Assembly (NCBI GenBank): GCA_003427395.1
Contig: BFEA01000007.1
Coordinates: 6,058,237 to 6,122,236, forward strand
DNA from: Chara braunii
Taxonomy: Eukaryota; Plantae; Charophyceae
Length of the DNA: 64,000 nucleotides
Reading direction: 5' to 3'
Positions within the stretch are counted from its first letter, which is position 1. Each line of letters starts with the position of its first letter. The notes under the pieces are model-generated. The model saw only the letters and a program-made list of their open reading frames with translations. It did not search any database and was not told the DNA's origin. Made by a program: the position numbers and the translations under genes. Below are positions 54,021 through 64,000 of the stretch, one piece after another.

Positions 54021-54257
54021 CATACTTGCAAGCAGACCGACCTGACGAGCGTACGGTCCGGTCCGCTTCGCTGCGTGCGGCACCCTCCCCCCGGACCAGA
54101 CGCACCCGGACCGGACCGGACGGGGGCGGTTTTTTTTTTTTTTTTTTGGGGTGGGGCATAACTGGTCGTCGGGCGCACATTCGTGCACCGCGCGGGTCCA
54201 GTCCGGCGGTCTGCCGCACGTGCGGAACCGCCCGGACAGTGTCCGCTTGCAAGTATG
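54021..54257. mobile_element. hAT-like MITE
   Basis: Perfect 13-bp TIR CATACTTGCAAGC; 8-bp TSD ATCTCATT (54013-54020 and 54258-54265); GGACC subterminal repeats. Confidence 0.92.
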
Positions 54258-55929
54258 ATCTCATTGCATGGATCGAGAGATACTGTCCATAGATAAAGGA
54301 GATACGCGGTCAGCATCTCTTATCCGTTGCAGTGGAACCTTGTTCCATAGAAGCCCTTTTTTTTTGCTGTTATAAGCAACACACCGACAAGCCTGCTTGG
54401 GACAGTGATATGAGCCCCTGCCCCTAGCAGCTCGGGTAATGACTCCAATCCTGCTGGAAAACGGGTCTTGCGTAGAAGCCCTGCAGTTGCTGATTTGCTT
54501 CCATATGAGGCTCCATCTATTTGTGGGAATCTGCCCCTTCGGGGAACTCAGACCAGAGTCCAATCAATATGTAGGTAGAGCACTCCTGGAAGTGAAACTT
54601 CTCACCCCCCTGAGGTCTCTTTCACTGTGTACTTGGCCACTGGGAGGATAATAGTACCAGGGGGCGGTCCCTACGGAAGCTTACGAATTCCGGCGCTCCT
54701 CTGACAGTGCCCGCTATGGGTGAGAATCTGGCATCTACAACAACCACGTGTGACCTAGAAGGCAACCAGTCTTACCTGCGTTTTCTTTGTTTTTGTCCAC
54801 ACCGTATCTTTTTTTTTTTTTTTTTAACAGCAACATCAGCAGGGTGACGTACTCTTGGAGGGAATAAGTGCACCCTCCAAGGGTAGGGTCACCCTTATTT
54901 GATGGGCTCCCGTCTTAAAGGAGGACGATATTCCTGTATTCTACTTAGCCTCCGGCATTGCGCCTGTTTGTAAAAGAGTTTCTTTATTGCGAAAGAAAAT
55001 GAACATGTTGTAATTGTATGTCCTTCCGCACTGGCTGCAGTTTGGGGGAAAAGAATATTCACGAAACTAAAAAGAAAGAAAAGAAGAAGGGTATGACATT
55101 CATCCCGGGAAAAGAAAGAATGGGCAACTGAAGAAAGGTTTCAAGAAAGAAAAACAAAACAGTGCTGGAAAGAACATGATTGCCATCATGCTATGGGTAG
55201 TATGGTATTGTACCTGGGAAATTTCTGGGAATTAATGGATGAGTGTGCAATCTGATGAATGAGAATGAGAAATCTTGGATCTAAGAATGACATTGGCTAG
55301 CCATCGAGGCAAGATCGTGACAGACAGACCTGCAGAGGGCCGGTTCTGTCATTGTTTCTTTTGTGTCTGCAGCAGCTGTTTGGTTGTTGACATGGCCCTC
55401 AAGGTTAGACCACATCCGCTGGAACGCAGGTCCTGAGCTGTGGGAGGTGGAGTCACCTCAAATCAACCCCAGGCAGTCGTTTGTGTGCACGCAGACAGAA
55501 TCTCAAGGAAAAAGAAATAAAAAAAGGGGACATGATTCTCAAGTGGAATAGGGAAATTAAAGAAAACCATGCATGTGTCATGTTCGCTGTGTGTGGGGAG
55601 GGGGCGGGGGGAGGGAAAGGAGGGGGGCGTGAGGGGACCCACTCACTTTTCCCTCTAGAGCATGACCCCCCTAGCCACGTGAGGGGATAGGGGGATGTCT
55701 GGGTGGCAGCAGGACAGCACACACCTGTCATGTGATGTCTGTGTGACTTGAAATCTAGGACCAGTTGTTTTAACTGCTATCACCCCTTGGCTACTGAACC
55801 GTTGTTGGGGTTTGGCCTGGCGGTCTAGCCATACGCATGTGCCATTTGTGTCCTGATTTCTATAATATTCCTGTACCGTTTTGCACCCCTGCAGTCCCCT
55901 ACGAAACTTTCAACTCCGGTCGGTCGGGT

Positions 55930-56225
55930 GCCTAAGGTAAATCCGTCAGGAACAAACATGGTCCCAATTTGAGGCGCACAGGTTGCCACACCCTCTCCAG
56001 GCATGAGCCTCGCCCATTAGCATCAATGTGAAGCTCTCTGCCAATATTGAACTGATGCCCAGTGGGCTTGTCCATATCAATTAACAACGAACACATGAAA
56101 AGAGCTCGCTTACGTGAAGACCAAAGCTTGCCAGGTAAAATTGTGCTGATTCCTAGTAATCCCATTTCTCCGCCGCCATATAGACCATAACAAACCCACT
56201 CTTTTGGCTTCGGGCACATACTTAA
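55930..56225 (-). mobile_element. LINE ORF2 C-terminal remnant
   Basis: A frame not listed in the ORF track reads VGLLWSIWRRRNG. Confidence 0.6.
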
Positions 56226-57403
56226 TATGGGGTTAGGGTGCAGAATCAGGCGACAGGGAAGCTCACCAAGTCCAGAAATACCAAGGATTGATAGATTGAG
56301 AGCTCTTTCTTGATTCTATGGGTGGTGGTGTTCCTAGCTGGTGCAGTGGTTTCTACTGATTGAATGGTCTGGTGAAGTGTCCCGACCACGGTGATCCCGG
56401 CGGTTTGCCGCGGGGGATACTGTGAGAAGTTAGAGGAAGGAGAAGTCGTAACAAAAAAGAACAAGTTAAAATAAAAAGGTGCTGATAAAAGCAGACATCT
56501 CTAGCATGCTCGGGGAGGCTCCATCTATTGGTGGGGAGCGACACCTGCTGGAAAGCGGGTCCAGCGTCCCTGTAAACAACCAAACATGCCACGTGTCCCT
56601 CGTACTATAAGCGTGAGTGGTAATGAACCGACACGTAGGCACACACCTTTTACCTAACGAGCAACATTGATTGCCCTCAACTGAGGGGATTAACTGCCCA
56701 TCACATTCTAAAGTCATATCCCTACTCAAAAACCCTCATCATAATCTAAAAAAATCTCTTGCAGCACCATGAGGGGAAGAGGCAATCAGAATAGGGTGAT
56801 AAAAAGTTAATTGAAGCGAGTCCTTGAAACAGGTGCAATTCCACCATTACACTTTCTTATGTAAAATTACCCGCTCCAATACGCCCCCCACAATCCTGAT
56901 GATCTACAAAAGCACTCAAACGGGGAGGCGCCATTGCCAGAATTCGTAGAAAAAAAAAACACCCACGTAGCAGAACACTAGCAAAACACATAGGCTGCCC
57001 TGATGCATAGCACCACTGCACCTCTTGCGCTGCCGCATGGCCAAAGTTTTATGTTTATAGCAGAAATTATGTTCCCCCCGGACAGCCTGTTAAGAGGCAT
57101 GCTCAAGCAGGAAGAAATGAAGAAAATGAGATGACAATCCCCACGTGGCGGGCCACCAATCATTCACACAGCAGCCCCGAGGACGATCCTCACATCACCA
57201 TGCGACCCAGTTATCCAGCCCTCACTATCCCACCCCTACGCGCCACCATCCCTCTCCCTGCCCCCCCACACAAACTTCCTGTTTACACAGCACTCCAGTC
57301 ATCCAACCCTCTAGCCCCTGCCCCCGAGCAATCAGCAAAGAACACAGGAAGGAAAACAAGAGCGGAGGGCAGGGGAGAGGGGAAAGAAACTGCCCAATCC
57401 CAT

Positions 57404-58278
57404 TTACCACTCTGAAGTGTCGACTCCGTCACCTTTGTTGTTGTTGTTTTTGTTGCCACCAGCTGTATTGTCGTTGTCATTGTTGTTGTTGTAATCGTTA
57501 ACTCTCCAAAGCGTGCACAATCTCAGGATCCCTCGTCCCATTCCATCGTTGCGCACAGTGTAGTTGTTATTGTTGATGTTTGCGGCCTGCCCCACAGACA
57601 CCGTCAGTTTGTAGTTATTGTTGTTATTATTGTTGTTGCAGATTTCTGCGATGCAGATAAGATGATTATCGTCGTCGTCACTGGCAGTCTTGGTGGCGTC
57701 ATCAGCGATGGCGTTGTTGTCATGATGACCATCCGCGACATCGTCGTCGTCCTCGAAAAATTGCTCCTCCAACACGCTGCAAAGACCTTGCCCCTCCTCA
57801 AGCTCCTCATGGCAGCGCCTCATCAAAGCACGCAATCATGGCCGATCTATAAACGCTTCTAGATGGGGGGGCGACCCCTCGTCTGACCCCCATATAATCT
57901 CCAGCATACATTGCTGGACACTCCGAATCCACGACGTCGACGGCTCCATCCTCTCGGTCACAGTCGTTCGCAGCATCGCCACCATCTGGCTTAGCCGCAC
58001 GCCACTCGCTTGGACAGTGCTGAACCACTCGGCAGCTCCTGTCTGCAGCTCACCCATACTCGCCATCTCCATCCACCCTTCCCTCCTCGTCATTTTCTAC
58101 ACCGCTGTTGATGTCTGGTATGTCGCCGAGTACTCCTTTCGTTTGTCGCGCCGGCTTCACTGAATCACTCGCTTGCCACATGGCATTACCACTCCGGATG
58201 ATGTCTCCGGGGACGGCGATGCCGTCCGCGGGTCGCTAGGTGCTGGCTGGCTCCACGTTCCAAACCCTCCCAGCAACC
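57404..58278 (-). pseudogene. Possible decayed coding segment (Asp/Asn-rich, low complexity)
   Basis: Codon-like GAC/AAC periodicity broken by stops, ending near a donor-like TG|GTAAAT; no recognisable domain. Confidence 0.3.
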
Positions 58279-59039
58279 TTTTTTTTTTTTTTTTTTTTTT
58301 GGTTGGGACAAAGCTCAAATCTATTTCTGGGAGCAGCACGTGCTGGGAACTGGGCAGGTGTCCACAATTGAAAAGCACAGTGGAAAGATCGCAGTACTAT
58401 GTCCAGAAGATCCATAACTTTCACGAGCAAGGGCAAGGTACAGTGACCCAAACCCTCAAGGCAGCACATCCTTGTGGACGTCATGTGGCGAATGGTGTAT
58501 GCTTCCCAGAGCCTGAGAAAACCCAGGAAGCTGCTTATGAGCATTGAATATATCATCATGCTTTTACCACTACTTTTTTTTTTTGTTGTTGTTGAAAAAA
58601 ATAGCCCTTGTGTAAGCCCACTATTCCGGCGGTGGTAAGAGAACCGTCGGAATTGAGGGCTTATCTGTTGGGCTGCTCCATCTATTGGTGGGGAGCGGCA
58701 CCTGCTGGAAACCGGGTCCAGAGTCCCATTGATACATCTTATAACACAGAGAGTGTTACTTGTTCTTTCCTAGGACTGTGGCCATTTCACTACCTTCTTG
58801 AGGTGAAGGCTAAGTTGTGAATATAACCTTTACCGCATTCTTCGAAACCTGGGCGCCACCAGACCACATGGCTGATGGCACGAGCCAAAACAATGAGAAA
58901 AGGTCCTGGTGGCGCTTCAGCAAAGTTGCTGCACAGTTCTACTCCACCTCAGCAAAAAGAGACTCGTAGGTAGTGGCGGTTTAAGGGGCCCCAGTTCTCG
59001 AGTTTCGATCAAATTTCTCACTGTACCCATCCCTAAGCT

Positions 59040-60243
59040 TGTGAGGGCTGCGGAGCGCTACCAGGAGCGCTCCGCGGCCTGACGTTTTGATGCGACGGCG
59101 GGCTCCTTGGTGATGGTGGGAAACGAAGAGCGGTTGGGGCACCATGACGGCAGCTTCGATGCCGGAACGAGAGTGCGGGGCGAGAGGAAGCAGGTCGATG
59201 ATGAGGCGGGAGAGGGATCGTTGGGCATGGAGGAGCATGGAGGACCAGGCTAGTGGGCATGTGCTTGCTTGCTTGAGAGGAAGAACAAGGGGGCAGTGTG
59301 TCTCATATGATGGTCTCGTTGGAGAGGAGGGATGCTGCGTGGGGGAGTAAGGGGAGGCAGGCAGGGTTTCATGGGCTAGAGGGAGAGTTTTACAAAAAGG
59401 AATGGGAGGTGGAACGAAGGAGTGAGGATGTTCAAGACAGGTCTTCTATAGGCGGGGGACGTCTGCGACGATGACACCCCTTCATTTCTTTGGGCTACCT
59501 GCGAGGGGCGGCTGGCAGGCTCAGCGGTTTAGACTTGTGACGTGGGTTGGATTGCTGTGATGGTAATCCGAGCAGCGGTCCTGTTATCTTCATTGTTCGG
59601 TCATTTGGGATGGTTGAACAGTTGTCAACCACAGGCGGCTGAGCTGCTTGAGAGCCGATGAAGGAGGAGGTGAGGTGTGGAGAGAGAGGGGGTGTGTTTA
59701 GTGATTGTTGAGTGTAAGTTGTGTTCTTCCTCTTCACGTTTTGTAGTGATGATTCTGAGATAGTAATAACGATTAGGTTAAAGCTCCTGTAGATCCTGAT
59801 GAGATTCTTAATGATGTGATTCCCAGATTGCTTTGTCTGATTCAATACCTATTGGTTGTCTTTCTAGTCTTGAATTCTAGACAAGTACCTAAAATATAAC
59901 TAATAATTCTGATTAGATTTTGAAAATCAAGATTAATTCTGACCTAATTTGTTTGCCTTTTTTTTCTGAATTTCACATCACTAGTCTTGTCGACTGTCGT
60001 ATGTTTTGTTACTGACTTCCTGGGCAATACTTAACCTGAGATTCGTAAATCAGAGGTTGGGCACCTCTGATTTCTTAAAAGTAATTTTCAAATCATAACT
60101 CAATCTCGTTTGATCTTCTGAATTTGTGTTGATGCTTAAATTCATGAGGTAGGTAATCTTGATTTCGAATTTCTTGTCACTGTGTGTCTCGATTCAATCT
60201 CTAATTGTCTGATCTTGATTTGCGATCCTTTTGAGGGCTTACA
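59040..60243 (+). repeat. Possible solo LTR
   Basis: Starts TGTGAGG like the G2 LTR and ends GGGCTTACA, with a GC-rich half then an AT-rich half; no PBS, PPT or TSD. Confidence 0.45.
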
Positions 60244-60620
60244 TGTTCAACTTCATGAGTGATGACATCCGGTTCTCAATGCTGGAATTTGCAACAGGGT
60301 GGGAGGTTTGATGGGGTGAACGTAATGCATCTAGTTGGTGAGGGGGCTAGCGAGCTGGATGAAAATAGGGTATGGCAGTGCTGAGGCGTGGTAAGTCCGG
60401 CTGGAGCAGGGTCAACAGGGAGGGGGGGAAGTTTGGGGGATGGACCTCACCCAGCTGGCAAAAATTCATTTCTAAATTTTGATTCAAAATAAATATGCTG
60501 TGAATTAAACCACCAGCAGGGTCAACAGGGAGGGGGGGAACTTTGGGGGATGGACCTCACCCAGTTGGCTAAAATTCATTTCTAAATTTTGATTCAAAAA
60601 ACGAGTATGCTGTGAATTAA

Positions 60621-60854
60621 ACCAGCAGTACCTGGCCCAGCTATTGAGTCCGAGCCTCGGCCGACCGGTACGCCGATCCGTGCCGAGGCTCGGACTACCG
60701 GGCGCAAGCATCCCGATCGCTGGATTGAAACGAACGAAAAAAACAGAAAAAAAAAACGAAAAAAAGTATGGCAGTGTATATTCCCACGCTATAGCGCCGG
60801 ATTCATTCGATTTTGCTCATCCTATGGAGGGCGCAGTACCATGAGGCCAGTCGC

Positions 60855-60905
<51 letters not shown>

Positions 60906-60944
60906 CAGCGACCTGCACGGAGGGTCGCGGCGAACTCGCTGCCC

Positions 60945-60979
<35 letters not shown>

Positions 60980-61186
60980 TCACACAAAAACAAGTAAGGC
61001 AGTGTATAGTCCCACGCTATAGCGCCAGATTCATTCGATTTTGCTCATCCTAGCAAGGGCGCAATACCATGAGGACAGCCGCGACNNNNNNNNNNNNNNN
61101 NNNNNNNNNNNNNNNNNNNNNNNNNNNNNNNNNNNNNNNNNNNNNNNNNNNNNNNNNNNNNNNNNNNNNNNNNNNNNNNNNNNNNN

Positions 61187-61221
<35 letters not shown>

Positions 61222-61372
61222 GCGAGGTCGCTGCCCCTCTCTCTCTCACACACACACACACACTCACACAAAAACACGTAAGGCAATGTATATTCCCACG
61301 CTATAGCGCCAGATTCATTCGATTTTGCTAATCCTATCGAGGGCGCAGTACCATGAGGCCAGCCGCGACGCG

Positions 61373-61441
<69 letters not shown>

Positions 61442-61569
61442 TGGCGACCTGCATGGAGGGTCGCGCTGTGGCGCTTATTTACCGAGTACCCCCTAGGCCG
61501 ACCCCCCTAGGGCTGTGGCGCTTATTTACTTAGTGCCTGCGACCGATAGCTGAGCGAGGTAGTGGTGGT
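60621..61569. mobile_element. TTAA-flanked non-autonomous DNA transposon with about 25-bp imperfect TIRs beginning ACC
   Basis: TTAA|ACCAGCAGTACCTGGCCCAGCTAT ... ATAGCTGAGCGAGGTAGTGGTGGT|TTAA; the interior has about three tandem units with (GA)n/(CA)n and an N gap at 61086-61186. Confidence 0.8.
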
Positions 61570-61573
61570 TTAA

Positions 61574-62897
61574 GGGGGGGAGTTAGAACTGGAGGATGGG
61601 AGGTAGGGAGGGGTTGTTTGTTCAGGTAAGTAGAGTTAGAAGGACGATGCTGGGACGACACAAGACGGTGTTGGAGTTTCTACTCTGTGACCCGGGGGGA
61701 GCTTGAGGCCTGTGGAGTTTTGCCGAGGGTGGAAGGCATAACTGCACTGTCCGACGTAGCTGGCGCCGGGGTATTTACCCTGTAACCTGTCAGGGGCTTG
61801 CAGCTAAGGGAGATGTCAAGGGAGGAAGGCATTTCCTGTCCAGCAAAGCTAGGTTGGTCGGCACTGGGGAAGGTTGTGTTGCCCTATCACCCTAGCAGAA
61901 GGGGGTAAGAGACCAGGTGTGTTTTGGTACGAGGACTGAAAGCCCGGACCGACGATTTGTCCGTTAAGGGGGGCAGGTTTGGATAGCTGGCGGGTTCAGT
62001 TTTGACCCTCTGTCTTTCTTGTTCTAGGGTTGTCCATATGTAGATGGCTTCTTGTTTTTGGTAATTGTTTAAGGGGGGGTTTCAGCTGAAGCCAGGTAAA
62101 CGGTCCCAGTATCCCATAGAGTGACTATGCGGAAATCTGCCTATGATTAGGGAGATTGTGGATAGAATGTCAGGGGGTGAAGGAGAAGGTTAGAACTGGA
62201 AGATTGGAGGAAGTAAGGGGGGTTCAACATGGGAAGGGATGTCTGTCTAAGTAAGTAGGTCAGGAGGACAATGTTGGGACGACGCAGGATGGTGCTGGAG
62301 CTTTTGCTCTGTAACCTGGGGGAGCAAGAGGTTTGGGGAGTTATGTCGAGGGAGGAAGGCATAACCAGGTTGATCGACGTACCTGATGCCGATTTTTTCC
62401 CCTGTAACATAGGGGCGTGTGGCTAATCGGGAGTGTCGAGGGAGGAAGGCACTCTTTGCCGTCTGAACCAGGCTGGTCGGTACTGGGGAAGTTTGTGTTG
62501 CTCTGTAGCCCTAGCATAGGGGGGTATGAGATCAGCCGAGTTTTGGTACGAGGAGTAAACGCTTGGACTTAACATTTTTTCACTTGTTGAAGGGGAGGTG
62601 TAAACAGTAGTAGGTTTCAGTTAGGGTCTTCTGTTTCCAGGTTTGGACTGTGGTTGGGTAGATCATAGACGTTTTTTTTTTTGGAATTGCAGTTGTTCTT
62701 AAAGTTGTTTCTCATAGGTTTTCGCAGGTATGGTAATCGACTGATTGTTTCCTTAGCAGAAGCCGGGTAATGGCCCCGGAATTTCAAATGTGTTACATAT
62801 TCTCAGTTGTACTTCAAAGGGACGCTGAGCCCGGTTCTCAGCACGTGATGCTCCCCACGAATATATTGGAGCTTTTGTCCCCCCCCCCAAAAAAAAA
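61574..62897 (+). mobile_element. Non-LTR element 3' region: two diverged units of about 600 bp ending in the structured motif and an A tail
   Basis: Units start near 61575 and 62180 (GTTAGAACTGGA...); motif at 62819-62881; A tract at 62889-62897. Confidence 0.65.
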
Positions 62898-64000
62898 TAA
62901 GGGCCCCAGTTCCCAAGGCCTCGATTATGACATGGAAAACAGAGATAACACTGGGGCCATTACTTGTCTTCAGCTTCAGGGAGCTATTGCTCCATTACTC
63001 AAATGAGCTCCGAGTTAATTCCTAGGATGTTCAAAAGATATCAAAGCTGCCAGCGGAACCAAATGGCTGGTGGCACCAGCCAAAACAAAGCAAAAAGGTC
63101 GTGGTGGCACTTCGCGAACTTGCTGCACACCGCTTCCGCAAAAAGAGACTGTGGGTAGTGGTGGTTTAAGGGGCCCCAGTGCCCAAGGCTTTGATTATGA
63201 CATGGAAAACAGGGATAACACTGGGGCCATTACTTGGCTTCAGCTTCGGGGAGCTATTGCGCCATTACTCAAATGAGCTCCAAGTAAAAAGACTAAGCGG
63301 ATTCAACCTGATGATCCACTAGTATCTCTTCCTTCTTTTTTATTTTTTCTTAACATCTGCTGGTGGTACTACCGAGGGCTCCCTTTTTTTTTAATTCAGT
63401 CAAACAAAGGCTTGGGACGCTGGAGTCTCTTTTTTTTTTTCTTTTTTTTTTTGAAAAACTCCCTTCAGACTACTAGGGGTGCTGATATGAGCAGACACCG
63501 CTAGTATTGTGGGGGAGGCTCCATCTATTAGTGGGGAGCCACACCTGCTGGAAAACAGGTCCAGCATCCCATGTACAATGTATAAAAATATATCAGGAAG
63601 TTTTTTTTTTTTTTTTTTTTTTTAATTATATAAAGCCCAGGGTGTTGTAGAGCCAAGGACCAGCCCCGCGGTGATTGCTGGTAGCGGCACCCAATGGTTG
63701 TCCTGACAGGATAGGCCACCTACCCTACCCATCCCCACGTTAATACTTCCAGCGCACCCCCTTTCCCTACTATCCTACCTCGGTGTGACCAGCACTTAGG
63801 GCCATCGCCCTACCAGTATTGAGGGCAATTTGGACCAGACAGCATTGACAAGCACCAGGGCTGGGCCAACCTCCCAGCCCTAATGGAAGCGGAAGTGGAC
63901 AAACCTTGCCGTACGGGAACTTCGGACGCCAGGCTCATGCAATCTTCTACAGGCCCAATTCAGAGAGTCTACCCAGCAGGATTACCTAAGCAAGGCAGGC

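Overview
Eukaryotic nuclear DNA, heavily made of transposable elements. A plant-type U6 snRNA, a plastid rpoC2 insert and chromoviral Ty3/gypsy elements point to the green lineage, most likely a charophyte alga such as Chara; this is inference, not a database match. Only one probable host gene segment is visible: a first coding exon at 3178-3739, preceded by a (GA)n tract and followed by a presumably long intron. The rest is a nested stack of decayed Ty3/gypsy LTR retrotransposons, L1/Tx1-like LINEs, hAT- and Harbinger-type MITEs with clean TSDs, a TTAA-flanked DNA transposon family with 5'-ACC termini, microsatellites, short tandem duplications and two assembly gaps. The main observations are: (1) a covarying three-way-junction RNA motif, about 10 copies, usually just before poly(A) tails; (2) a full-length U6 retrocopy with poly(A) and a 13-bp TSD, plus an older U6 fragment; (3) a plastid rpoC2 fragment at the junction of two retroelements; (4) an AT-hook-like insertion in the integrase chromodomain; (5) a three-level nested insertion that can be reconstructed from TSDs. 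No CRISPR array or prokaryotic system is present.
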